This document shows positions 13,914-24,200 of a DNA stretch of 27,193 bases, piece after piece; position 1 is the first letter of the stretch; each line of letters opens with the position of its first letter. The translations under genes were made by a program, and so were the position numbers. The notes below the pieces were generated by a model. That model had not been told where the DNA came from and ran no database searches. It saw only the letters and a list, made by a program, of their open reading frames with translations. The DNA is from a virus (Duplodnaviria; Caudoviricetes): positions 1 through 27,193 of the IMG/VR virus record IMGVR_UViG_3300048886_001612, one strand, 5' to 3'.

Positions 13914-16897
13914 AATACAATATCGCCTTCTTTTGTAATAGTGTGCCGTTATCAGCCGAAACCATACAGTTACAGAAATCCTTGGGTGGTAGCGAAACGG
14001 CTTTGATCTACATGGCCAACGCTTTAGCTGATCGAGGCCACAGTGTTACCGTTTTCACCCAAATGACCGATCAAGACCAACAAGGTTTTTATAACAATGT
14101 TAAATGGGTCGATCTGGAGGGTATGGCTGGTGCTTGCCAAGCTATCGAATGGGATGTTTTTATCAGCCAGCGTCATCCTTCCGTTTTAGAGAAACCGATC
14201 CGAGCCAAATATCGGGCTTTGTGGGTGCAAGATGTGCTGATGCCCTATTCCAAAGCGGCTCTAACCTCGACCTTGTGGCAAACCGATCAAATCTACTATG
14301 TCAGCGAATGGCATTGCGACAATTATGAGAACCTTCTGCCTGACGGAGCTGACAGGTTACGGTTCGTGACCAAAAACGGCATTGATCTGGCTACGGTGGA
14401 TGCCAATACTGATGAAGATAATCGAAATACCGGCCAATTGATCTATATTTCACGTCCAGAACGCGGCCTGTTCCCGTTACTGCAAATCTTTCCCCAAATC
14501 AAAGCTCAACGTCCATGGCTGGAGTTGAAAGTTTGCCGCTATTATTCGATGTACGAAAACAATGCCGAGGTGAAACAGATTTGTCAACAAGCGGATCGGA
14601 TGGTGGCCCAAACCGAGGGCGTTGAATATTTGGGCAACTTGAACAAAGCTGACCTCTATCGAGCTATCAGTCAAAGTGCTTTGATGGTCTATCCCGGGGT
14701 GCCAGATTTCGACGAGACTTCCTGTATCGCCGCCTTAGAAGCCCAAGCCTGCCGGACACCGTTGGTGGCTAGCCGAAAAGGTGGCTTGATCGAGACTTTG
14801 GCCCACGGAGCTGGAGCCTTGATCGGTGGGGATGCTTACAGCGACGGTTATCAACAAGAATTTATCAATCAAACTTTTGATTTGCTGGACGATCCAGAAC
14901 GGTACACCCAAGCCCAACAGGTCGGGCGTGATTGGGTGGAAAGCCAGTACCAATACAAAACCATCGCCACCGAATGGGAAAAGAACCTAGACCTGTTTTT
15001 TGAAACCCGATTCAACACTTATAAAAGCCAAATCTTTGACAATTTATTGCATCATGACGATTTTGCTACCGCTCATCATATCGTTGAGCATAAAGAAATC
15101 AAAGAGGCTCAAGCTCTTGACTTGTATGGGGCTTTGAGCCAAGACCATACCGAAGAAGATTACGATGTGATGATGTTAGACCCGGAGGAGGAGGAGCAAG
15201 CAGTGGAGGATGGCCGCCATTTCCGGTTAGAAACAGTCTTGCAATTGCTAGACCCCAAACGGTCAGGCTTGGAACCGAAATCTATCCTTGATTATGGGTG
15301 CGGTGGTGGAATTTTTGCTTCAGCTTTGCAACGTATGTTTCCAAAAGCGAATGTTCTTGGCTTAGATTTCAGTGGCGGGATCGTGGACAAAGGCAACCAA
15401 TTTATTCGGAGCCAAGAGTGGAACGATAGCAAGGTGCCATTGATTTTGGAAGCCGATTTGGTGAACCAAGGCACTTTGCAAGAGGTCAAGTCTGATGGTG
15501 AGACTTATATGAGTCCTGAGCAGAAATTTGACCTGATCTTGGTGGGCGAATTATTGGAACACTATATCGAGCCAATGGAACTGATCTCAGCCTTGGATGA
15601 TGTCTTGGCTGAAGGTGGCACTATTTGCTGGACGGTGCCCAACGGCCCCTTCGTGGAATTGGCCGATACCGAGCGGGAACGAACCGAACGTACCCACCGA
15701 ATCCATTGGGAATATAACACAGTTAAAGAGGTTTTTGGTGGCAAAGCCGATTTTGATATCCGTTACATCTGCATCAATAATTCGACCGGCATTCGCGGTT
15801 TGGATAAGGGCCATTATGTATTCAGCCACAAAAAAGAAGGCCAATACGGCGAAATCAATTTTGACAAGAAATACAAGTTGACCCGGCCTTACCAAAAAGT
15901 TTCAGCTTGCCTGATCGCTCGTAATAACGAGAAAGATATTGCTCGGTGTTTGGATTCCATCCACCAAGTAGCTGATGAAATAATCATTGCTGATAATGGG
16001 TCAACTGATTCGACCTTGGAGATAGCGGAAAAGTATGGGGCCAAGATAATCAACTTGCCAGAAAAATGGCCACAGGCTCCAGAATGGGCACCTGCCCCGG
16101 GCAATTTCTCATGGATGAGAAACGAATCGGTCAAGCCAGCCACTGGTGATTGGATCTTGTGGATTGATACTGATGAGGAGTTGAGGAACGGCCATTTGTT
16201 AGGCCAATATCTTCAGTCCAGACTGTTTGACGGATTTGTCTTGCGACAAAACCATTTGATGGTCGATGTTGACACCAAATCGCATGACACCCCAGTCCGA
16301 GTCTATCGGGCAGACCAAGGCTTCGAATTTTATGGTTGCATCCACGAACACGCCCATAAATCTTTGAACCAGCCGATCGAACCGTCATTAGAGTTGGACA
16401 AGACTGACATTATTCATTACGGCTATGTGACCGAAGATATCCGAAGATACAAGTGCATGACCAGAAACATGATGTTGATGAAATTGGATCGGGCCGTTCA
16501 TCCAGGCCGGTTGTTGGGTTGGTGTTTGTTAGCCCGAGAGTATTTGAATTTGGCCAGTTGGGAGAAGCAAGACGATCCACGAGCCCCATTCAGCCAAATG
16601 ACCGAACGCAGATTAAGGGAGGTGGTCAGAATATTTCATGATCCAGATTTGGATTTATCCAACCCAGAAGGCCGGTATTACAAGATCATCTTCCCATTAT
16701 ATCAGTCGGCGTTGAAATGTTTGGATGCTGGCATCCCAGTCGAAGTTGATGTCAAGGTCAGCCAAAACGGGCAAGGCTTCCGCTTTTTGGATCAAGAAGA
16801 TCTGGAGCGTCATCTGAATTTTAACTTGCACGGCATGACCAGCAAATTGCCACCGCAAGGCCGGAACAAAACCTATTTGACACAGGTGGAAGGATGA
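13910..16897 (+). CDS. Tri-domain GT4 (GT-B) glycosyltransferase / SAM methyltransferase / GT2 (GT-A) glycosyltransferase
   Basis: GT4: LGGSETALIYMANALADRGHSVTVF and E-x7-E motif ETSCIAALE…PLVAS…GGLIE. MTase: ILDYGCGGG, FDLILVGELLEH. GT2: VSACLIARNNEKDIARCLDS, DNGSTD, WILWIDTDE, IHEH, IIHYGY. Confidence 0.92.
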   Translation: MKYNIAFFCNSVPLSAETIQLQKSLGGSETALIYMANALADRGHSVTVFTQMTDQDQQGFYNNVKWVDLEGMAGACQAIEWDVFISQRHPSVLEKPIRAKYRALWVQDVLMPYSKAALTSTLWQTDQIYYVSEWHCDNYENLLPDGADRLRFVTKNGIDLATVDANTDEDNRNTGQLIYISRPERGLFPLLQIFPQIKAQRPWLELKVCRYYSMYENNAEVKQICQQADRMVAQTEGVEYLGNLNKADLYRAISQSALMVYPGVPDFDETSCIAALEAQACRTPLVASRKGGLIETLAHGAGALIGGDAYSDGYQQEFINQTFDLLDDPERYTQAQQVGRDWVESQYQYKTIATEWEKNLDLFFETRFNTYKSQIFDNLLHHDDFATAHHIVEHKEIKEAQALDLYGALSQDHTEEDYDVMMLDPEEEEQAVEDGRHFRLETVLQLLDPKRSGLEPKSILDYGCGGGIFASALQRMFPKANVLGLDFSGGIVDKGNQFIRSQEWNDSKVPLILEADLVNQGTLQEVKSDGETYMSPEQKFDLILVGELLEHYIEPMELISALDDVLAEGGTICWTVPNGPFVELADTERERTERTHRIHWEYNTVKEVFGGKADFDIRYICINNSTGIRGLDKGHYVFSHKKEGQYGEINFDKKYKLTRPYQKVSACLIARNNEKDIARCLDSIHQVADEIIIADNGSTDSTLEIAEKYGAKIINLPEKWPQAPEWAPAPGNFSWMRNESVKPATGDWILWIDTDEELRNGHLLGQYLQSRLFDGFVLRQNHLMVDVDTKSHDTPVRVYRADQGFEFYGCIHEHAHKSLNQPIEPSLELDKTDIIHYGYVTEDIRRYKCMTRNMMLMKLDRAVHPGRLLGWCLLAREYLNLASWEKQDDPRAPFSQMTERRLREVVRIFHDPDLDLSNPEGRYYKIIFPLYQSALKCLDAGIPVEVDVKVSQNGQGFRFLDQEDLERHLNFNLHGMTSKLPPQGRNKTYLTQVEG

Positions 16898-17130
16898 TCC
16901 ACGAATACAAGGCCAACTTGATCGCATTAAGCCAGATCGAGGTTGAGTCAGTAACTTCAATCGAAAGATGGAAGGCGTTAATCTATCGAGACATGGACAC
17001 CTTTAAATACTTGTCGTATCAACCGATTAAACGGAGAAACTTGCCCTGTGAGACAATCTTTGGCCTGAAGAAGGGTGAGACTCTAGCCAAAGCCAAAGCC
17101 CACCTTGACGGGCAGTTAGAGCTGTTTTAA
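16894..17130 (+). CDS. Hypothetical protein, 78 aa
   Basis: ATGA overlap with the upstream gene; fills the gap. Confidence 0.6.
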   Translation: MIHEYKANLIALSQIEVESVTSIERWKALIYRDMDTFKYLSYQPIKRRNLPCETIFGLKKGETLAKAKAHLDGQLELF

Positions 17131-17152
17131 GCATCTATAAGGAGAAAGATCA

Positions 17153-17746
17153 ATGGCCGTACGAGCAACCATGTCAGATGTCATCAGTTACACCCGCGAA
17201 TTGGTCAGTGATGCGGCCAGTAGCATCTTCACCGACCAGAAAGTGCAAGATGCCTTGGATCAGCATCGCACCCATTTCGATTATATCTTGTTGGATCGGG
17301 ATGGCGATTATCGGTTCTACTATTCCCGAGCTTGGCGTGGCGATGATGTCTCATTGAACCGGATCCCACGTTCGACCCATCCGATCGAGGTGCCAGATTT
17401 TGCCATGTATACCCAGATCGGGTTTTTAGAGTCTGGCTACGATTTGCGGGATGGAAGGACAGAAGAAAATACGGCCTACACCCCAGATTATGCCAACTTG
17501 ATCGACGGCACCTACATTTTTAGCACCGCTTTGGATACTGATCTCTATTTCTTTGGTGATGGCTACAATACATATCGGGCGGCCGGTGATTTATTGGCCC
17601 GAACACCAGATTGGGGGCGGTTGCCGATGGGCTCAACTAGCCGTGGCGGTATCAGTGAATCCTACGACTGGAAAGATAAGGTAGAGATGCTGTATCAACG
17701 TGGCTACAACCTTAACCGACGAGCGAGGAAGTTATATCGTGGCTAG
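17153..17746 (+). CDS. Probable head-tail adaptor / head completion protein
   Basis: AAGGAG RBS. N-terminal pattern RELVSD…IFTDQKVQDAL and C-terminal YRAAGDLL…GISESY are adaptor-like. Expected position after the capsid genes. Confidence 0.6.
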   Translation: MAVRATMSDVISYTRELVSDAASSIFTDQKVQDALDQHRTHFDYILLDRDGDYRFYYSRAWRGDDVSLNRIPRSTHPIEVPDFAMYTQIGFLESGYDLRDGRTEENTAYTPDYANLIDGTYIFSTALDTDLYFFGDGYNTYRAAGDLLARTPDWGRLPMGSTSRGGISESYDWKDKVEMLYQRGYNLNRRARKLYRG

Positions 17747-17915
17747 AAAAAAGAAAGGTGGCTTGAGCAAAAACGGGGATGGTCGGAGAGTGACGGCCAA
17801 ACAAATTAAGCATCACTTGGCATTGAACGGTCAAATCAAGCCCGAGGAAATGAAGGCCACGGAACTGGTTTGGCGGCGAGACTTAGAAGCCAAAGCCAAA
17901 AAGGAGGCCAAATGA
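17739..17915 (+). CDS. Small basic protein, 58 aa (MARKKKGGLSK…)
   Basis: GTG at 17739 with GAGGA upstream, preferred over the track's 17700 start. ATGA overlap with the next gene. Confidence 0.6.
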   Translation: MARKKKGGLSKNGDGRRVTAKQIKHHLALNGQIKPEEMKATELVWRRDLEAKAKKEAK

Positions 17916-18082
17916 TCATCAAAAGATCCGACACCTTGGCCTTAGTTTGCCATTTACAAGGCCTTATCAACCCCGATCGGATGGCCAAATTGTTGGTCAA
18001 ACGGCCCTCTTTGTATCAGCGATGGCAAGATTACGGACGGCAAGGCCGGATTCTTAGCCGCCGTCGGTTGGAGTGGCGATGA
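17912..18082 (+). CDS. Small Arg-rich hypothetical protein, 56 aa (MIIKRSDTL…)
   Basis: AAGGAGG RBS before ATG 17912. Confidence 0.65.
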   Translation: MIIKRSDTLALVCHLQGLINPDRMAKLLVKRPSLYQRWQDYGRQGRILSRRRLEWR

Positions 18083-18417
18083 ATTTCTATATCGACAGCA
18101 CCGACCAATTGACGGTCAACATTCAGCAAGAGACTGCCACCCAAGACGCCAATTTCAATTATGTGTCGGGCAGTCCGACAGCCTTGCAATCAAGCGTGGT
18201 GGTAGATATCCAACCAGCTCAAGCAACCTTGTCGGAGAGTGCGACAGGTGGTGCTTATCAGTCCAGCCATGTCATGTATTCGCACAGATACGCCAATGTC
18301 TTGACGGCCTACCCGTCAGGGGGTGTAGTAGTGGTGTCGGGCGGTACGACATATGATGTGCAGGGGATTAAAGATTGGACGACTCACATGGTAGCTGATT
18401 TACAAGAGCGGATATGA
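18079..18417 (+). CDS. Probable head closure / head-tail joining protein
   Basis: About 112 aa, beta-rich (VVVDIQP, TYDVQGIKDW), expected position. ATG 18079 (alternative GTG 18073). Confidence 0.6.
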   Translation: MNFYIDSTDQLTVNIQQETATQDANFNYVSGSPTALQSSVVVDIQPAQATLSESATGGAYQSSHVMYSHRYANVLTAYPSGGVVVVSGGTTYDVQGIKDWTTHMVADLQERI

Positions 18418-18758
18418 TGCTAAAGGCCAAGCAGAATATCGACCAGTTTTTAGCCAAAACCTTGGATCCAGTGATTGACAAGATCGAGGATAAAGGTGAA
18501 GCCTTTTTGGATTATGTGGCCCGTCAAGCGGTCAACAATAGTGTGGACGGCTCCCGTGCTGGCACATGGATTGACAGGACTGGCAATTTGAGGGCCAGTG
18601 TGGGTCATATCCTTCGAAAGCGGTCTTCGGGGCCGTATGCGACAATTTTCGCGGCCATGGATTATGCGGTTCATGTCCATTTCCGAGATGGGTATCGGGT
18701 CTTGGTCATGCCGACCAAACAAGAGTTAAAAGAAGGGGCCAAGGCGTTCGATCTATAA
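18414..18758 (+). CDS. HK97 gp10-like neck/tail completion protein
   Basis: Motifs WIDRTGNLRAS and DYAVHVH; expected position. Confidence 0.75.
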   Translation: MMLKAKQNIDQFLAKTLDPVIDKIEDKGEAFLDYVARQAVNNSVDGSRAGTWIDRTGNLRASVGHILRKRSSGPYATIFAAMDYAVHVHFRDGYRVLVMPTKQELKEGAKAFDL

Positions 18759-18768
18759 AGGAGGATTT

Positions 18769-18873
18769 ATGCCAAAACAATATGGGTGTGCCAAATCTTA
18801 CAGTTATGGCAATGGCCCCAAAAAACGGTCTGCTAAGAAAAAAACAAAAACAAAAGGGGGCAAAAAGTCTTAG
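18769..18873 (+). CDS. Small basic peptide, 34 aa (MPKQYGCAKSYSYGNGPKKRSAKKKTKTKGGKKS)
   Basis: Translated by hand. Strong AAGGAGG RBS; its stop abuts the next ATG. 12 K/R and no D/E. Confidence 0.72.
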   Translation: MPKQYGCAKSYSYGNGPKKRSAKKKTKTKGGKKS

Positions 18874-19296
18874 ATGGGTGCAGTAACCTCGGATGCCTAT
18901 TTGATCGGTCTAGCCAACTTGATAAATGTGTCAGGCGTGACCAGCTTGTTAAATGGTGGCATCACCAAAGGCCCGAAACGGCCGGATGGTGTCAGCTACC
19001 CTTCGATCAATGTCTTGGCTTCGGTCAACGATGTCGGCATGGACTCAACTATCCAGAATTATGACGGCTGGTTCAATATCTTCGTGGCTTCGGAAGGCAA
19101 CGGCTCAGCTGATATGGCCACCCTAAGCTCGATCGAATCTCAAGTGCTAACGGTGGCCAATGTTGACCGATGGACACAAGGCACCACCGTCTGTAAATCG
19201 CAATTCTTCATTGGCTCCCTTGGCCCGTTATGGGATCAACTGGAGTCAGATGTTCATTACCTGAGCGTCAGGTTTCGCTCTTACATTAGTCTATAA
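18874..19296 (+). CDS. Probable tail terminator protein
   Basis: 140 aa, P-x-x-x-x-YPSI motif, C-terminal HYLSVRFR strand. Lies between the gp10-like gene and the tail tube gene. Confidence 0.6.
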   Translation: MGAVTSDAYLIGLANLINVSGVTSLLNGGITKGPKRPDGVSYPSINVLASVNDVGMDSTIQNYDGWFNIFVASEGNGSADMATLSSIESQVLTVANVDRWTQGTTVCKSQFFIGSLGPLWDQLESDVHYLSVRFRSYISL

Positions 19297-19308
19297 AAAG
19301 GAGGTCAA

Positions 19309-19932
19309 ATGTCATTAGAAGTTGACATCGCCACTATCCAGTACCCCCAAGTGGATGGAACTGTCATCCGTAGTGAGGACGGGGCTGTGGTTTCAGTCTC
19401 AGGCCATTACAACGTAGGTGGATCCACCGACGAGGAACGGCAAGAGAATTTGGAGGTCGAAATGTTCAAGCGAGGCAAAATAGCCTTGGCTGACTACGAT
19501 CGCCAAAAAAAGATCGACGACGAATACAAAGAGATTCAGAAATCGGTCGACCCAATCGAGAACAGCAAAATCCAGCAACCTACTGCCCCCACCGCTCCCA
19601 GCTTGAAAGCGGAAGCCAATGGCGGCAAATTGGAAGTCGCTGGCGTAGCTGATACGGCCACGGTCAAGATCGTGGTAAATATTGTGGGTCAAGGTGAACC
19701 AAGCACCAAGACCGAAACCCAAACCGATGAAGATGGAAATGAAACCGAAGTTGAAGTGGATAACACTGTCCGGATCAATTTCACCCAGACCATCACCACC
19801 GGTTTGCCAGATTATGCAGTCGAGATAGATCAACCAACCATCGAGGTCAATATCACCTCGACGGCTTATAACAAAATAGATGACGAAGCTGAAGCGACCA
19901 CCACATGGACACCAGCTTCGGAAGGAGAATAA
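19309..19932 (+). CDS. Acidic hypothetical protein, possible tail-associated structural/decoration protein
   Basis: AAGGAGG RBS. Pro/Thr linker (QQPTAPTAPS) followed by a beta-rich, Ig/FN3-like-looking C-terminal half. Confidence 0.55.
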   Translation: MSLEVDIATIQYPQVDGTVIRSEDGAVVSVSGHYNVGGSTDEERQENLEVEMFKRGKIALADYDRQKKIDDEYKEIQKSVDPIENSKIQQPTAPTAPSLKAEANGGKLEVAGVADTATVKIVVNIVGQGEPSTKTETQTDEDGNETEVEVDNTVRINFTQTITTGLPDYAVEIDQPTIEVNITSTAYNKIDDEAEATTTWTPASEGE

Positions 19933-19935
19933 ATC

Positions 19936-20457
19936 ATGGCTATTACCCCGGGAAATGTATTGATCGGGTCAGGCGACATTTCAGCCTTTATTGACACAGC
20001 CGCTGGAACGACTTACGCCTACACTTCGTTGGGCGGGTTTCGGGATGGAGTTACCATCACTTTCAGTGAGGATCGGGTCAACGTTGAATCTCAAGATTCG
20101 CTAGGTTTTGTCAAATCAGTCCGATCCAGATTGGAATGCACCATCACCACCACTTTGCTGGAATCGACTTTCGACAACCTTAATACCTTGTTGATCGGTA
20201 ACGGAACCAATGCGTCCAGCATCAAGATTGATGCCGATCCCACCCCCGGCGGCAATGCTCAAATCGCCTTCCCGCTCAAGTTCGTGGGTGATTCATCGGA
20301 TGGAGATTTTAAGACCATCATTTTTTCTTCGGTGGTGCCGGTTCTCGACGGAGATATCACCTTTAGCAAAGATTCGGAGCTATTAGTACCAGCCACTTTC
20401 GTAGCCTTAGCGGTCGACGATAGCGGATGGGGCTTCGGCAATATCGCTAACAGTTAA
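19936..20457 (+). CDS. Major tail (tube) protein
   Basis: 173 aa. Motifs NVLIGSG, LGGFRDGVTITF, CTITTTLLE…NL, ITFSKD…VPATF. Directly upstream of the chaperones and TMP. Confidence 0.85.
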   Translation: MAITPGNVLIGSGDISAFIDTAAGTTYAYTSLGGFRDGVTITFSEDRVNVESQDSLGFVKSVRSRLECTITTTLLESTFDNLNTLLIGNGTNASSIKIDADPTPGGNAQIAFPLKFVGDSSDGDFKTIIFSSVVPVLDGDITFSKDSELLVPATFVALAVDDSGWGFGNIANS

Positions 20458-20462
20458 TTATT

Positions 20463-20987
20463 ATGAATGAAGATCGACTCAGCTTCCTACAAGTCAAGGT
20501 TGAAGAATTAGAGAATCAGGTCAAAAATCTGAAGCAAGAAGGGGTTGGCGATCAAGCTGACCAAGTGCGGAAGGTGATGGCCGATATTCCCGAAGTTTTC
20601 ACCGTCCATCGCCGTGATCAAGCCGGTGGGATGGAGAAGATCGAACTTTCATTGCATTATCCATCATTTTATAAACTTGAGCTGATAGCCACTGAAGTTC
20701 AAGCTCTGTTGTCCAGCGTCCAAGATGACGAGGATTTAATGGGTGAAACCGCTATCCCTCGATTCATCTTGCGACTGCTCGGCAAGGAAGACCTGCGGGA
20801 TCAGGTCTATAAAGTTTTACAGATCGCTTTGGATCCGTTAGCTGATCCCAACCCAACCGACCTCACGGTACCGATTGAAACGATTAAGTTATTGAACCCA
20901 GCGGCAGTAATCGACGCTTTGGTTAAAGGTTCGACCCCTTTTTTCGTTCAAATCTTTCAGATTCTGAGCCTAAACAAAACAGCCTGA
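20463..20987 (+). CDS. Tail assembly chaperone (lambda gpG-like)
   Basis: Lies between tail tube and TMP, with a slippery site near its 3' end. Confidence 0.8.
   Translation: MNEDRLSFLQVKVEELENQVKNLKQEGVGDQADQVRKVMADIPEVFTVHRRDQAGGMEKIELSLHYPSFYKLELIATEVQALLSSVQDDEDLMGETAIPRFILRLLGKEDLRDQVYKVLQIALDPLADPNPTDLTVPIETIKLLNPAAVIDALVKGSTPFFVQIFQILSLNKTA
20936..20945 (+). promoter_or_regulatory. Programmed -1 ribosomal frameshift site (C CCT TTT overlapping T TTT TTC)
   Basis: X XXY YYZ heptamers in the correct phase. The -1 frame is open from just after TAA 20924-20926 to TAA 21208. Confidence 0.85.
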
Positions 20988-21208
20988 TCCCACCGTGGAT
21001 GGGGTTTGCCAGTTTAGAACTCAACATGGCACGTGGGCTACATTTCCCGCCTGACCATATCTATCGCAAGATGAGCTACCTCAAACTCTTGCTATTTTTG
21101 CATATTTTGGATTTGGAAGAACAAGAACGCAAAATCGAGGAAATTAAGACCAAGCATCGAGAACAAGCCAAGAACGCTCCGGCCCAATTCAGGAGAGGCC
21201 AACGATAA
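20942..21208 (+). CDS. C-terminal part of the frameshifted tail chaperone (gpGT-like; join 20463..20942, 20942..21208, about 248 aa)
   Basis: The -1 frame reads FRSNLSDSEPKQNSLIPPW-MGFASLEL…, in frame with track ORF 20999..21208, which has no clear RBS. Confidence 0.8.
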   Translation, partial: FRSNLSDSEPKQNSLIPPWMGFASLELNMARGLHFPPDHIYRKMSYLKLLLFLHILDLEEQERKIEEIKTKHREQAKNAPAQFRRGQR

Positions 21209-24200
21209 TGGCTGACGAAAATCTCGGCACCCTCAAATACGACATAGAACTAGACACTAAAGGCCTACAACAAGGGGCCAAGAAAGCTGAGACCATCATG
21301 CAAAGGATGGAAAAGAGCTTTCGATTTTTAGGCGAAGTCAACCAAGCTGGCGAGTTGTTGACCCGAACTGGCAAGTTTGTGTTCAATTTCGGCAAACAGT
21401 TCGTCGACGCGGCGGCCAATGTTGAGCGGTTGAAAGCCGGTCTAACTTCAGTCACCGGAAGTGCTGACGAAGCTGAAAAACAACTCAAACGGTTACGGGA
21501 AGTGGCCAGACTGCCCGGATTAGGCTTCGTGGAAGCAGTCCAAGGTGCAACCAATCTCCAAGCGGCCGGATTCTCAGCCGAGAAAGCTGAGGAATCTTTA
21601 CGGGCTTTTGGTAACGCTTTAGCCAGTGTCGGCAAAGGTAAAGCTGAACTGGATGGGGTGATTTTGGCTCTCAGCCAAATGCAAGCCAAAGGCAAGCTGA
21701 GTGCCGAAGAAATCAACCAGATCGCTGAACGGGTGCCTCAAATCCGTCAGGTGATGGTGGATGCTTTTGGTACTGCCATCCCCAAAGAGATCGAGGGCAT
21801 GGGCATCTCGATTGACGATTTCGTTTCCGGTGTCAACCGCTCCTTGCTCAAAATCCCACCAGTGGCTGAAACGGCCAGCAACGCTTTTGAAAATTTGGGC
21901 GATATTTTCAATCAACTGCGAACCACTATCGGCAATCAGGTCTTACCCCAAATCACCACTGGAACCACCAACCTGAGTAAGGCTTTAGAAGATCTAACCG
22001 TCCAGCTATCTCCGACCAACGAACAGGTCGAGATCCTAGGCTCCCAGATCAACCAGCTGACCACCGATTATACGGCCCAAAATGAATCCACCCGAGCCCT
22101 GATCACCCGATACGGAGAGATCCAAGAAGCCCTAGCTGACCAAAATATTGACGCTCGGGAAGCGGCTGACTTGAACGACGAGTTATTAGAACTGGTCAAC
22201 AAGCTGAAATCAGCTTTGCCTGGCTTGAACCTGTTGTGGAACGAAAGTGGCGGCTCGATTGATGTTGCTAACCAAGCCTTAGAACGCCAAATCGAGTTAC
22301 AGCGTGAAGTGGTGCAAGGCAAGTATCTGCAAGTGGTAGACAAGACCACCCAATCCTTGAATAAGAACCGAGAGGCTATCAAACGGGCCAATGACGAAAT
22401 TAAGGCTTACAGCATCGCTCGAGAAGTGCTTGGCGGTCAACGGGTTACGGCCATGTCTATTTTGGGAGGAGATAGGAGCAAGCTAAGAGATGCCTTAACC
22501 TCAGCGGGGGTTGGCCCTGATACTGGAGCGACTTTCACCCAAGCGGGAGTCAGTGACCGCTTGCTTGACCTGTTCAGAGATACGGAAGGCGGGACTAACC
22601 GAGATCGGAAGTTGGGAGTGCTGGTTAATCAGCAGAAACAAGCTATCGCAGGTTATAACGCTGAAATTCTGGAGCTAGGCCAATCGTTCCAAGCCTTTGT
22701 CAGTAGCCATGGGCCAGAGATGGAGAAGCAGTTCAACGCTCTGATCCAAAGTTTTAGCAACCAAGACAGCCAGAGGGGGATGAACGCTTTTAACCGCCAG
22801 CTGGCCGAGATGGAGGAAGGGTTAGGTGGGATTGTCAGCGGTGATTTTATCCGCTCGATGATTAGCCAGTTCACTGATTTGCAACAAGTGGTCAAAGGTA
22901 CAGGCCAAGCGGGGGGTGGTGGCACTAGCGGTAAAGACGCGGTTTCTAACCTGTTTTTTGGGATGCACTTCCAAGACGTGAAAACAGCCATTGATGGATT
23001 GTTTGCTGATGCCACCCAAGCCTATGTTGATGGCTGGCAAGATTTACGTCAGTCCGTTCCATTCCAGATGGGCGAAGGTAGCCCGATGCTCCGTTTCCTA
23101 GGAATTGACCCGATGGGTACTGGAGCCACAGGCAAAGCCAACCGGCAAGGCCGAGAACGGAAAACCCAACGAGACCAGAAGCAAGCTATAAAAAATCAGC
23201 AAAAAATAAGGACAGCCAGCGATAAATGGTCAGCCGATCAACAACGGCTCCGTGATCGAGAAAATGATCAGCGTCGGCAAAAACGGCAACGGGAGCAAGA
23301 ATCGGAACGACGGAAAGACGATCAGAATTTCAGCAACATGCTAAACCGTGAACAACAGATAGAAACACGGTTCCTGCAAAGTGCCAGACAAAGAATTGAT
23401 GGCGAACAACAATGGGAGCAAGAAACCCGAGCTAAAGGGTTGCAAGCCCTAGACGATCTGCAAAAAGACCAGCAAGAGCGAGAACGAGAGGCGAGCTTGG
23501 CTCGGAGAGATCAAGTCTTGGATTGGGTTGACGGGTTGGGCGAGGTGGTTCATGCTTTCGGGCGAATCGCTGAAATGACCGGAGCTGACTCAGTTTTGAT
23601 GGAACAGCTGAAAGGTGTGCAAGGTGTCTTGATGGGCATTGGCCGGATGGCTTCCGGTGATATGATTGGTGGCTCAATCGCCACTAGTGCCAGTTTTATG
23701 CAAATGATTGACGCTCGGATGCAACAAGCCTTGCCTAGAATGGATTCACAAACGAACTTGTTGAAAAGATTCGATACTATCCCTGAGCAATTCAGGGAGT
23801 TTATGGGTGCTGATTGGACGGAACAGTTTCACCCCTCGCCAGATCATAAAGAGTTTGAAAAATATCACAGCAAATTGGAAAACTGGGTTCGAGGGCTAGA
23901 GATGGCATTCTTGAGCGAAGAAGAACGGGTCAGGCAAGGGAGCCAAGGCATCGGACAAGCCATTTTGGAAGGAGTAGCTGAAGGGTTGAACCAAAACAAC
24001 ATCAGCCAGACGCTTGATTTGATGAAAAAATCGTTGGACGACCTGTTGTCAAGAATGATTCTTGAAGGTGTGATGATGACCGAAGGCTTGAAAGGCAATA
24101 TCGAGAAGCTGTCTCGCACGGTGGTTGAAGCCTTACGGGATGGAGTCATACATGCCAGCGAAGCGGGTACGATCCAAGGTCTGCAATCAGAAATGGAAAG

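Noticed and set aside
17700-17911. Track starts at 17700 and 17870
   Set aside because: Downstream starts at 17739 and 17912 have RBSs and minimal overlaps.
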